Of a stretch of 64,000 bases of DNA, positions 51,401 to 64,000 are shown one piece after another. Source of the DNA: Yuukianura sp. NJ FZ-2021 (lineage: Eukaryota). Position 1 is the stretch's first letter, and every line of letters starts with the position of its first letter. Under the pieces are notes generated by a model. The model worked only from the letters and a program-made list of their open reading frames with translations, searched no databases and had not been told where the DNA came from. The stretch is from the NCBI GenBank assembly GCA_046563655.1, contig CM102290.1, forward strand, positions 10,664,001 through 10,728,000. The letters run 5' to 3'. A program made the position numbers and the translations under genes.

Positions 51401-53335
51401 TCGGAATTTTTTGTTCCGTTACTTTAAAATCGTTCGAAACACTTCACAAAAGCCATCTCACAAAAAAGTGCGAAATACGGCATTTTTGATAGAAAAATAT
51501 TTTTTTTTGCCATAAACGTGAGGAGATTTTTCATCTCAGAAAGAAAATTTGTGTTTATAATTATAGGAAAAAAAAATTCCAAGAAAAAAGTTGTAACGTT
51601 TATGATCAGTTAAAACTAATAGCGGTCTGGTTCTGTCTAGCAATTTACCATTACAAGCAATCGTGTAAACTTAACACATAATTTGTTCAATTTCCAACTC
51701 TACTTCCTACCAACTCACAAATTGTTTAACGTTCAATTCTCGATTACTTTTGGTCTAAATTAATTAAACCAAAAATTTTTAGTGTAAAATATAAGCAAAA
51801 ACTAAAACAAAAAGCGTTTCGAGTAAAACTAACCTTACTGCATATTGCACCCAAACTTCATTTCCTCTGCTCACTCATAACAAAAACTAGAAGCCGGATG
51901 TAATCATACTAATGCTAAGAAGTTACTTTCAAAATCACAAATTTACGTGTAAACGATTTTCATTTATTGGATAATTTGTAACAAATAATTGCTATAAACA
52001 ATTATAGTAGTTTATCTGTAAGCTGCAATACTCGCAAATATTCTAATTTTGAGACTTTCTAGTTGATTTACTAAATGCCCAAGGAAAAGCTAAAGCTACC
52101 GAGTTTCTTTAAGCTAATGTTGCATTTGTCATTACCGACATGAAACACAATAACAGTCTTTAGCAAAATTGACATTGGCATATTATAAGTATTGTAGTAA
52201 TTAGCAGCAGATATTGTTGTACTAAACTCTCAATGATTAATCCTGCCTTCCGTTACACATCGCTACTTTTTAAGTTACAACTGACCCGGACTTCGTGACC
52301 TTTTAGTACAAAATCGCTTGACTAAAGACACAATTTTTAAGAAAACAAATTAATTCAATTACGAACAAGCATGGGCGTTCAAACAAAGTGACTCAACTAC
52401 AAACGCACATGGGCGCGTTCAAACAAAACAATAGTAAGTAACAATAAATCAAGTAGGAATAAATTAATTGAAAACAAGGGAAGCTCAAATAAGGCCTAAA
52501 CGCCAGTTAGAAGCACAAATGCGAATTACATTATAGGGTAAATGCTTAAATTAAGTAACGTAAACGTTACAAAATTGTTTTCTAAGTACGGAATAGACAC
52601 TCCCAAAAAAACTAAACTAAAACACCTTACAAAAACTGTTGAGATTCTGGTCTAACGAGATTGTAAGGTACACTACCTTGGAAAAATGTTACATAGTAAA
52701 AACTAACTTCCAGAACATAATTTCTAATATGGTTCTGGTCTGATCTGTATCTGTCCTAATTGTGTGGTAAACAGGGAAAACTGATATTGTAGTAAACGGG
52801 AAATCTGGATCTCGGCCAGAAAGTGGAGCCTATACTTCCGAAAAGTATGAAGCTGCACTACCTCGCTGAATACGTTCCCCGTAGACTACAAATATTCAAT
52901 CTAACCTGCAACCAGTAGAGAAATAAGAGATTCTCTTTGTTTTACCCCGGACGCTTCGCAGTAACGTGATAAGAGTATGATTAAGTACATAAATGCAAAT
53001 ACAAACGCTTCTTATACATAACTATTTTTTTTACAAGATGAGAAACATTTATAACTTACTAAATATAATAAATTCAATTGTAGAGTTACCTAGACTCTTC
53101 CTCACAACTTTGTTCTCTTCCGTTTGCACTTAACTATTTAGTGAATCTTGAAAAATGCTGACATATTCAAACTTTTAAATAAACTGTGTAAACGACATAA
53201 TTCCGCAACTCCCACGGGCGGGCGATGCGAATTTGTAGCTACGAGTATGTTGAATTTGATTTCGGAACGGATGTTTGGTAAGTATATCTAATTTGTAACG
53301 GAGTAGCTGCGCGGACTGTGGTTGGGCGGAGAGGT

Positions 53336-55855
53336 TTACATTCGAGCACGTTCGTAAAGGTAAGCCTTGTACTGTGGGCTTTTCGGTTTCGGCGTCTTGG
53401 AGTGGAAGAACACTAGAACAGAGGCAATGATGCCATAAAGCTGAAAAGACAAAACCATTTCCAAATTAATAGTTGAAACGAAATTACAATGAAAACAGCT
53501 ATTATTTAACAACAATAGGAAAAACATACTTGTAAGAACACCAATGTGATCACGATGCTAGCCATCACATGAAGTTGTTCCAAGATCGCTGACTTAATCT
53601 TCTCCAGACAACCTTGGTCGTACCAAAGGCTTGGATTATCCGTTCGTCCGCAACCTAAGAGTATTCCAAGTGTAAATTCAAATTCAACCCCAGCCATTCC
53701 AGAAACGTATAAAAATCCATAATGTTGAAAAAGATTCGGCGACGAAGTTACATTGCTCCAGAATGTTAAAACTCTAGTTAATGGCTTACCCGGAGCGACA
53801 CTATCATTGACATAGATGCAACAGGAATCAGGCACGTAGTTCTTCTCGGGCCAGGCCTTAAACTTGTACCAATCTCTGTATGTATCGACTCCGCAACATT
53901 GAATCTATTTTTTATCAAAAACAAGAAAGTAATCAGCTGATCATGTTTGCAATTGGAGTTATTTGAACAAGTTACATGATGCTGCATAATGTCCCAACTT
54001 CTTTTCACGGCATTCTCTGGATTCAGTTCTGCCTCGTTTTTCAAATCTGCCATAAGCTCATCATGGAGTCCAACTGCAATGGGTTCACGGTACAGAAACA
54101 CACAGACGGCAGCAATCAGTTGGAGCGTAAGGACGAGGACAACAGTTAGTAAATACTGCAAACAAATAAAAGTTAAGTTGGGATGATTGAATGTGAAAAG
54201 TGGAGTGAAGAGTCAATAATTGCTGCTCATTTGCCCCTCTCTGGATAACTTAAATAAACAATCACAAGATAAACAAACATTTAGCAGACGGCAGACGGGT
54301 ACGAGATCTGGTAAACTTTCTCAGTTCGTGTGAGAACGAGCAACTTTACATAAAACACCTTTTCATACGTACCCGCCGAATTTGTTTCATTCACGTTTGT
54401 TCTGCAACGAAAGTCAATGAAACGTTGAACTTCTAGACGGCAAAAGGCGCGCGGGAGTAAGAACAAAGTTACGAACGAATGCATTTACCGACATGAGAAG
54501 ACATCGAGACTTGACGCATGCACCAGTACATCCAATGACACTAACGAAGGTAACCAAGGACCCGACACTCAACAGCAAGATGCTAATCACTTTCATGTCT
54601 CCAGCTGCCAGAAGGTACTGGTCTGTAGTTCCAGCTGCCACGACAATGTCTGCCTCAGTCGCTGGTTTCTGGAAGATAAGCCATAATCCAATTCCAACAG
54701 TAGCCAATCCCGCCAACTAAATCAAATGAAACACAGGAAATTCGTTAATTTTGTTATACAACTTTCAAAATTTTTACATTCTCGACAAAATTAAGACGAT
54801 CTCTACTATTAATTAGTAAAATTGGTCACAGTAGTAAGCGTCGTCTGAGCTGAACCTGGATTTTACAGGTGAGGAACGCTAATGCGACCTTTGAGGTGGT
54901 TAGTGCTTTGGTTAAAGGATATTCATAGGTCCCGGTATTTGGAAATCATAATAAACATCTCTCTAAACAATGCCTACCCCGATGTTAGTGCTCGGATCTT
55001 TTTCGTTTCCATCATCAACCTTGTCTTGCCTATGCTGCGCTTACAGGGCGCTGCACTCTTACTTACAGTACAGAACTGCGGCTAATGAAGTAAATCAAAA
55101 GTAAGTGAGAAAGTAGAGGTTAACTAAGATTATTAAACCATGATGATGACGACAACCGGTTTTGCCACTGGAGTCAACTGCTCTCAACAGGGAACAAAAG
55201 AGGGAAATGTAAAGGTTCTATTCAGGAAAAGTAATGAGTTTGAGGAACTTTTTGTCAACACTTGAAATTGAACTTAGAATTGCAATCGTGAGCTTAAAGA
55301 TCGTGAGAAAGAAACATGACGCACATGTTTAAAATTTCGAAAATTCTGGCTCGGCAACTTACCAAAGCTATGGCGTTGAAGACTATCAGGGAAACGCGTA
55401 CGCAAAACACGCCACCTCCACCGGAATTTTCACTCGGCATGACCTTTCCGTTCTGTTTGCTAGTGCCTTTCTGCCAACGACGTCGCTGGTGGTAGTTGTT
55501 GGATGTGATGCCGGAGAGCCCACTACTCGAACTCTCGTACCCGTCAGCCACGGTGGCGTTCTCAGACTCAACGTCAAGCACGGTACTGGAAGAGGTGACG
55601 CTTTCAGAGTCAACGTCAAGCACAGTACTGGAAGAGGTGACGTTTTCAGAAGTTCCAACGTCAAGAGCAGTACTGCAAGAATTGTTACAATGCGAATTTA
55701 GTTTATAAACTACTATAGTGTATATTCAGTTATTTCTTATTATTTGGTGGATCAATCTGACAGACTAGACTAGCTTATTAGCTTTTTAGTAGCAAAGACA
55801 ACACCAAAGCACGGAAGCACAAATAGTACCCATTCAAGCAAGCATGGGTTTCCAT
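53336..55855 (-). CDS. Tetraspanin (CD151/TSPAN4/9-like)
   Basis: Exons 55855-55830 (tentative), 55672-55363, 54716-54489, 54155-53976, 53904-53790, 53654-53530, 53440-53336. Four TM segments, GC.GA motif, and large extracellular loop (EC2) CCG...DW...VPDSCC...CG...GC. The start could instead be the MPSENS ATG at 55440. Confidence 0.92.
55553..55675 (-). repeat. 3 x 42-bp tandem repeat (STxLDVxxExVTSS) in tetraspanin 5' exon
   Basis: AGTAC(T/C)G(C/T)(T/G)CTTGACGTTG... recurs every 42 bp, in frame. Confidence 0.85.
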
Positions 55856-57798
55856 CTTCGAAGCGATCCAACTAAAGGAAAAGGAACATAAAAGAATGTA
55901 CATAATTTACAAAATAGAATCAAAGGCAAACGATTGCAGGAAGAAACTCTTGTGTTACTGGCATGCCTTAACTCTGTCAGTGTCAGTGCTACACTACGAT
56001 TTACTAACCTTGAACTGCAGTCCGACTGTACCAGAAACCTTATTTATCCAGGCGAGGATGAGAAAAGTATCGTTACGATGGCCCGTCAAAGCAGCTTGGT
56101 TGAAGGTTACGTCAAGCTAAAAATTGCAAAGATGTTTTCCAATTAACAAGATGAGTATCATTTCCCTCTAGAAGTACGTCTTCCTTCTTTTTGACTTTAT
56201 ATCCCTTTACTAACACATTCTCTAACCCTCAAAATCAGAAGCAGAACCCAGTGCTTACTTCCACTGAAAGGATTTAGGTCAAGTTACCTGTTCCTGTAGT
56301 TGCTCAATCAACTGACATTGATGTCTTGATTGATTCCTGATGATTAATTACTTCCGGTGCAGCTCCTGATGTTCCCTAAAGCGGATGACGGAGCAAACTA
56401 AGATTAGTAGCAAACTCCCAGAGATCTAGAAAAACAACTTTACTTTGTTATGTGCCCTCAAATGTGTGGTGCTCCTCTCCTTTTTCTTTCTCGGTACAAG
56501 TGAAATAAAACAGAGTTATGGAGTCTCCTTCCCAATACCCTATTGGGTATTTACCCGTAAAGGCACAAAGGATGGGGTACCCACCCACCATCACGATCTA
56601 ATCGTGCGTGAGGGTTCTATTTGTATTGTAATTAACTACTAGTATTTAAAACGACAAAAACAGTTCAATTTAATGTGATAAGTTTCACAAATAGTTAACC
56701 GAATTTGGCGTTTGAAGCGACCTGTAAAAAGCAGAAAATTATTATATAGTAATATAATGCAGTCGAATAGAAATACTACTAAAATAAAATAAACAAATAA
56801 AACTGCACATATATAGCACGGAAAGAAGCAAGGTTGTTCGAGTTTCTCGAAACTCATTTCTCCAAGCTCAGTCGAAAAACCTTGATATGAACATTGTAAG
56901 ATTGCTGTTGCAGTCAAATTTTGTTTTATTACACTCCGATAATATTTAAGTAATTAATAATTGAGTTCGATTAAACATAAAATTGAACAATACAAACCTG
57001 AGTTTGAAACATAGGTAGGAGCGCTGCATAGTATTCTATTTACCTTAAGAGTGCTGGATTATTTCGGCAAATGTTTAATTAGTGCATTATAAGATAATTG
57101 CAATTATCTTATAATTTACCAATTAATTGGTAAAAAGTAGTTACCGTTTTTGACAATATTTTTTTTAAAAAACAAATAGCGCATTTTTCATTAAAAAAAA
57201 AGTATAAAATAGTAGATTTAATTTTTGTTCTCATCGAAGTTTAGGGTGGGTTCAACACTGAACATTCGTTTTTGGGAGTTCTCCAACCCTGAAGCTACGG
57301 ATGGAGCCAATTCTTATTGCTGAGACTGCGCAATTTACTTGTGGTGGCGGCGTATGCTGATCACTTCAAATTCCTCGCTCCTACGCCTAAAATAACCTGT
57401 ATGAACTTTTTTATGGTAAGAGCGATTATGGTTTTGGCCGACCTATGGCCTACAGGTCATCAAAGGTGAAGAATCTCTACTACTTTAGCCAGTCGCCACC
57501 CGTTGTAAAGAATTATGTTAAGAAATGTCGCAGCAAATGAATAACTAATTCAGATTTCTTTCCTTTTTTAATTTATTGTCAAATATGACTTGATAGAGAT
57601 TCTGATTTCAAACAAAAATAAAATTCTGACGTTATTAAACTGCACTATTAAAATACTCTATTTTGATTAACGGGGCAAGCACAGTTAACTCGCAAGAGTT
57701 GACTGATAATTCAAATTAATTCAACCAGATCGGTGTCGTCAATTATGAACTAAGGTAGACTTTGGCTTTTTGTTGCTGCTGCAAACTCGTTCTTGCGG

Positions 57799-60058
57799 CT
57801 ACTTGAGATGTAGAAGCATTGATGTAGGATTTTCGAGGTAAGCCTTCCACAGATTACTGAATCTCGCCATTGTTGCTCCGTCAATGACACGATGATCAGC
57901 AGACCAACTTACGTTGAAAATGTTGGCAGCATAGACTTGTCCGCTTGAGTCAAATCGCGGTAACGTCTATGACAAACAAGAACCCATAAATGAACATGAT
58001 CTGAGACACAAGCTGTAACGTAACTGTACTTTACTATTTAGTACATACCTGTACTTTTCCTAGAGCTCCTATGCATACTTCTGGAGGTAAAATCACAGGT
58101 TTGGCATAAGTTCCTCCAATCTATGGAAACATCAACGATTGTCACGCACAAATTAAATAGTACACATTTTGAAAGCTGTTTCTCTAGCGTGTTACAATTT
58201 ATAAACATAATTTTATAAAATTGTGTATAGAAGTAGTTCTTACTGAACCAATATTTGAGAGTGTAAATGTCCCCCCGGTAAGGTCAGAGGGCCCAAGTGA
58301 CCCAGTCAATCCCAACTGATGGAGACGTCCCAAGTCAGCAGCAATATCCAGAACACTTTTACTTTCTACGTTCTTGATGTTTGGAACAATCAGTCCGAGC
58401 TTTGTGTCCATTGCCACTCCAATGTTGTGTGATCCCTATTAGGGAAGACTTTTATACTCAGTCTCAATTATCTTTGATCAGATTAATGGGATTCAACTTG
58501 TTTTAGAATTTTCTAAAAACCTTAAAGACGATGACGTCATTAGCGGTGTCCAATATGGAGTTTAAAATTGGAAATTGATACAGAGCGAGTGAAGCAGCTT
58601 TGAGGAAGAAGGGCATGTAGGTTATCTTGACTCCATACTCCTCACCGACCCGTTTGAACTCTTTACGCAATCGAATAAGTTGTGACAAGTCAATTTCATC
58701 ACAGTATCCAAAATGGGGTATCGCCTAAAGACAAAAACGCATCAGACCAGTTACCGAATCAATTCCAAAGCATGCGGAGTTTTACTACTTACATTTGCTA
58801 CTGTCATGGACTTAATCATGGCTTTTGTGTAACCCTTGACAGGTTCGTTTCGGTCAGGCAGTGGTTCGAAGACTGGGATTTGTCGAGACGGTACGGGTGG
58901 AACACTAGGAGCTGGCATTGATGGCGTTTGTGGCACTGCAGCCGTGGGCAATTGACTAGGTGATTTTACTGGACCGGATAGCTTGGTGTTCACAAAATTC
59001 ATGATATCCTCTTTAAGTACTCTGCCATCTTTACCAGTTCCCACGACGTTGTTCAAGTCTACCTGAGGTCAACAAGACAAACTTATGAGAACAGCATTTT
59101 CCGGAACAGCAATAATTGATCAGAATTGGGAACATAATGTATTCGAAAGATGGAATCTACTGAAATTTAGAATCGTTTGAGAAAGAGATTACGTGATTCT
59201 CAGAAGCTATACGACGAACTGCTGGAGTGGCAAGTGTTCTGTGTGCCCGGTTCGGTTCATCTGGCAAGCTAAGGCTTTCTTCCGATCGACCAACCTGAAT
59301 GGCATCTCTTTCCTGGACAACACGTCGTTGGTCATCTGAAATAAAGAACAGAAACGATATTATCACCCCACAATAATAGTAGTTCGCCTATATTCCTCTT
59401 TCATAAGTGAACCTTCATACCCGGTACATTTGATACGGATTCTTCAACCTCTATATCCACCAACGGTGCACCGACAAGTGCAGTAGCCTCCAGAGCATAA
59501 TGAATTTTTCTTATTACTCCGTCATACCTTGAAGTGATTGTCACAGAGGCCTTGTCACTCTGTACCTCGCAGATTTGATCAAATTGAGCCACTTTGTCCC
59601 CTTCCTTCACGAACCTATAAGTCCATAAAAAAGATGGTATAACAGTACAGTGATTCCTTTTCCTTCCGGATTCAACAAACCAAAAATAAGTTTATTACCA
59701 TTCCTTAACGGTAACTTCCTTAATTCCTTCACCAATATCGGACAACTTAAACGGCACGATCGCTTCACGTAAAGCAGTGGTATGGAACTTGCTGACTCCA
59801 TTTCTTACAAATTTTATTGAGACGTTTTGCGCACGAATTCTGTCGGTACTACAAACATGGCGAGTTGATACAGTTCGCAACGTCAGGTGCCCAGTGTTGT
59901 TGACCTACAGAATGGTTTTTGACATTTATCGATACGAACGTATGATCTTATAAACTACACCAACAAACTTTAAATTTTACCCTGCTTGTCCCCATGAAGT
60001 GATGACATCCAATTATGGGTCTTCCAGTGCACTTGATTCGCGCAAACATGTTAATCAT
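57799..60058 (-). CDS. DBT: Dihydrolipoamide branched-chain transacylase E2, mitochondrial (9 exons)
   Basis: Exons 60058-59981, 59904-59699, 59614-59421, 59335-59193, 59062-58793, 58724-58521, 58435-58244, 58120-58049, 57966-57799. Lipoyl domain [10 protein letters not shown]...EVQSDKASV; subunit-binding domain LATPAVRR...[12 protein letters not shown]; catalytic [11 protein letters not shown]. Confidence 0.97.
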
Positions 60059-60547
60059 GACGGAGTCAATTCTTGACCTTTGGCCAAGAATTAATCAATT
60101 TGGAGTTGAGTACGATACGAATACGACCGATGAGAACACGAAGCCCGTCCTTGCCGGTGGATATGGATGCTAAAGTAGGATGATGGAACAAGCAGATGAC
60201 AGGACACCGACACAGACGAAGTCTTGTGCAAAAAGATCTTCGCAAAATCTTTAGAATTTAATTCAAAGCATGAGAATAAGATAGATGGCAAAATGACATG
60301 AGGGGACGGAGGTGTATAAAACCACTAAAGGTAATTTGTGTAATTGTGAGGCATTAGAAATTATTATATTATGACTCATTTGTATGCAAGGTATTTAAAA
60401 GGTTAGCAGCTCAAATAGATATCATCATCAGTCATTGATTACTGTCAAATTCTCCAGAATTATTTGACTGTTTATACGAAATTAAACATAAAGTTCCATA
60501 AGTGCCCAAGTGCTAAAATATATGGGGGGAGTTTTGCTGATAAACAA

Positions 60548-60910
60548 CAGGATTTTTTCCGCAACAGGAATGCCAAAAAACGAGCAATTCCTGTTGCGGA
60601 GAATCCTGTTGCGTCAAATCGTGACAGGCAATTTCTGTTGCGAAAAATCCTGGTACAGTCATTTTCTGTTGCGAAAAATCATGACAGTCATTTTCTGTTG
60701 CGAAAAATCCTGATAGCTAATTTCTGTCGCGAAAAATCCTGACAGCTATTTTCTGTTGCGAAAAATCCTGACAGTCATTTTCTGTTGCGAAAAATCCTGG
60801 TAGCTAATTCCTGTCGCGAAAAGTGCTGACGTCTAATTTCTGTTGCGAAAAATGCCGACAGTTAATTCCATGTCGAAAATCCTGGTCCTCACTTTCTGTT
60901 GCAAAAAAAT
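60548..60910. repeat. 29-bp minisatellite (~10 copies) preceded by an inverted copy of the unit
   Basis: Unit ACAGTCATTTTCTGTTGCGAAAAATCCTG repeated ~60586-60910. CAGGATTTTTTCCGCAACAGGAAT at ~60548-60571 is the reverse complement. Confidence 0.9.
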
Positions 60911-61370
60911 TGAGATGTGTTTTTGACACCAGGAATCGAGATGTGTTTTTACATCCAGGAATATTGCTCTGCTTTACCAAGAGATGGCGGGAGCTGCACC
61001 AAATTGAATTCTAATTGCTTTATCATTCTGATTCTCATCTCAATCAATCAGTAGAACTACGCATGCGCAGTAGTATCAAACTACAACAAGGCAGGGCGAT
61101 GCTTAAGGGTTGAGCATAGGTCTTCTGGAGGGAGTTGGCAATTGATAAGGTTTTTACACCGGCTGTCCGCAAACGCAAGAAAAACGTTAAGAAACTGTTT
61201 TCACGAGATTTATGCAACGAAACGTGGCTCATAACTTTCAGTGGAGATATGGGGCCTTTTTGTGCACAATTTCACCAAAATGCGAAAAAACCGTTTACAT
61301 AAAAATGTTGTTCAAGGTTAGCTCAGATTTCACTCTGTTCAAATTTTTCAAAAAGTGAAAAATTTACTAT

Positions 61371-64000
61371 GAAAATCACTGTTTTTAAATAACATAATTC
61401 CAAATTTCAAAACGTTAAAAGTTTAGTAGGAAAATCACTCTTTCTAATCAACTAAATTCCAAATTCCAAAAAGTTAAAAGTTTAGTAGGAAAATCACTCT
61501 TTCTAATCAACTAAATTCCAAATTCCAAAAAGTTAAAAGTTTAGTAGGAAAATCACTCTTTCTAATCAACTAAATTCCAAATTCCAAAAAGTTAAAAGTT
61601 TAGTAGGAAAATCACTCTTTCTAATCAACTAAATTCCAAATTCCAAAAAGTTAAAAGTTTAGTAGGAAAATCACTCTTTCTAATCAACTAAATTCCAAAT
61701 TCCAAAAAGTTAAAAGTTTAGTAGGAAAATCACTCTTTCTAATCAACTAAATTCCAAATTCCAAAAAGTTAAAAGTTTAGTAGGAAAATCACTCTTTCTA
61801 ATCAACTAAATTCCAAATTCCAAAAAGTTAAAAGTTTAGTAGGAAAATCACTCTTTCTAATCAACTAAATTCCAAATTCCAAAAAGTTAAAAGTTTAGTA
61901 GGAAAATCACTCTTTCTAATCAACTAAATTCCAAATTCCAAAAAGTTAAAAGTTTAGTAGGAAAATCACTCTTTCTAATCAACTAAATTCCAAATTCCAA
62001 AAAGTTAAAAGTTTAGTAGGAAAATCACTCTTTCTAATCAACTAAATTCCAAATTCCAAAAAGTTAAAAGTTTAGTAGGAAAATCACTCTTTCTAATCAA
62101 CTAAATTCCAAATTCCAAAAAGTTAAAAGTTTAGTAGGAAAATCACTCTTTCTAATCAACTAAATTCCAAATTCCAAAAAGTTAAAAGTTTAGTAGGAAA
62201 ATCACTCTTTCTAATCAACTAAATTCCAAATTCCAAAAAGTTAAAAGTTTAGTAGGAAAATCACTCTTTCTAATCAACTAAATTCCAAATTCCAAAAAGT
62301 TAAAAGTTTAGTAGGAAAATCACTCTTTCTAATCAACTAAATTCCAAATTCCAAAAAGTTAAAAGTTTAGTAGGAAAATCACTCTTTCTAATCAACTAAA
62401 TTCCAAATTCCAAAAAGTTAAAAGTTTAGTAGGAAAATCACTCTTTCTAATCAACTAAATTCCAAATTCCAAAAAGTTAAAAGTTTAGTAGGAAAATCAC
62501 TCTTTCTAATCAACTAAATTCCAAATTCCAAAAAGTTAAAAGTTTAGTAGGAAAATCACTCTTTGTAATCAACTAAATTCCAAATTTCAAAACGTTAAAA
62601 GTTTAGTAGGAAAATCACTCTTTCTAATCAACTAAATTCCAAATTCCAAAAAGTTAAAAGTTTAGTAGGAAAATCATTCTTTCTAATCAACTAAATTCCA
62701 AATTCCAAAACGTTAAAAATTTAGTAGGACAATCACTCTGTCTAATCAACTAAATTCCAAATTTCAAAACGTTAAAAGTTTAGTAGGAAAATCACTCTTT
62801 CTAATCAACTAAATTCCAAATTCCAAAAAGTTAAAAGTTTAGTAGGAAAATCACTCTTTCTAATCAACTAAATTCCAAATTCCAAAAGTTAAAAGTTTAG
62901 TAGGAAAATCACTCTTTCTAATCAACTAAATTCCAAATTCCAAAAAGTTAAAAGTTTAGTAGGAAAATCACTCTTTCTAATCAACTAAATTCCAAATTCC
63001 AAAAAGTTAAAAGTTTAGTAGGAAAATCACTCTTTCTAATCAACTAAATTCCAAATTCCAAAAAGTTAAAAGTTTAGTAGGAAAATCACTCTTTCTAATC
63101 AACTAAATTCCAAATTCCAAAAAGTTAAAAGTTTAGTAGGAAAATCACTCTTTCTAATCAACTAAATTCCAAATTCCAAAAAGTTAAAAGTTTAGTAGGA
63201 AAATCACTCTTTCTAATCAACTAAATTCCAAATTTCAAAACGTTAAAAGTTTAGTAGGAAAATCACTCTTTCTAATCAACTAAATTCCAAATTCCAAAAA
63301 GTTAAAAGTTTAGTAGGAAAATCACTCTTTCTAATCAACTAAATTCCAAATTCCAAAAAGTTAAAAGTTTAGTAGGAAAATCACTCTTTCTAATCAACTA
63401 AATTCCAAATTCCAAAAAGTTAAAAGTTTAGTAGGAAAATCACTCTTTCTAATCAACTAAATTCCAAATTCCAAAAAGTTAAAAGTTTAGTAGGAAAATC
63501 ACTCTTTCTAATCAACTAAATTCCAAATTCCAAAAAGTTAAAAGTTTAGTAGGAAAATCACTCTTTCTAATCAACTAAATTACAAATTCCAAAAAGTTAA
63601 AAGTTTAGTAGGAAAATCACTCTTTCTAATCAACTAAATTCCAAATTTCAAAACGTTAAAAGTTTAGTAGGAAAATCACTCTTTCTAATCAACTAAATTC
63701 CAAATTCCAAAAAGTTAAAAGTTTAGTAGGAAAATCACTCTTTCTAATCAACTAAATTCCAAATTCCAAAAAGTTAAAAGTTTAGTAGGAAAATCACTCT
63801 TTCTAATCAACTAAATTCCAAATTCCAAAAAGTTAAAAGTTTAGTAGGAAAATCACTCTTTCTAATCAACTAAATTCCAAATTCCAAAAAGTTAAAAGTT
63901 TAGTAGGAAAATCACTCTTTCTAATCAACTAAATTCCAAATTCCAAAAAGTTAAAAGTTTAGTAGGAAAATCACTCTTTCTAATCAACTAAATTCCAAAT
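61371..64000. repeat. 59-bp tandem satellite array, ~44 copies, truncated by the window end
   Basis: Unit GAAAATCACTCTTTCTAATCAACTAAATTCCAAATTCCAAAAAGTTAAAAGTTTAGTAG; the pattern shifts 1 nt per 60-nt line. First copy degenerate. Confidence 0.99.

Noticed and set aside
61371..64000. CRISPR-like regular array
   Set aside because: Units are head-to-tail with no unique spacers, in a eukaryotic context. It is a satellite. The same applies to the 29-bp array at 60.6-60.9 kb.
1..64000. tRNA, rRNA or snRNA genes
   Set aside because: None recognised by eye; GGTTCGA hits fall inside coding exons. tRNAscan-SE and Infernal were not run.

Overview
AT-rich, intron-containing animal (probably arthropod) genomic DNA with a 100-N gap at 6780-6879. 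Four conserved spliced genes can be reconstructed exon by exon: ANKLE2 (+, 13616-16071), a goliath/RNF130-RNF150-type PA-TM-RING E3 ligase (+, 23749-31290), a tetraspanin (-, 53336-55855) and DBT, the branched-chain ketoacid dehydrogenase E2 (-, 57799-60058). Genes I cannot assign to a family: a convergent pair of small CCxC paralogues (3070-3411 + and 6160-6483 -), a 4-exon gene (16604-17514 -), a basic Ser/Lys/Thr-rich repeat protein (32643-33967 +), and a minus-strand cluster of Gly/Ala/Ser-rich coding units at 34.2-45.5 kb. Two units in that cluster have signal peptides, and its spliced exons are all phase 0. Intergenic DNA carries many degraded Tx1/L1-like retrotransposon fragments, all on the minus strand, with no visible reverse transcriptase (RT) core. 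There is also a 99-bp MITE in an ANKLE2 intron, a 347-bp tandem duplication, a 29-bp minisatellite, and a homogeneous 59-bp satellite running off the window end. All gene models are manual GT-AG/frame reconstructions, and family calls come from remembered motifs, not database searches.
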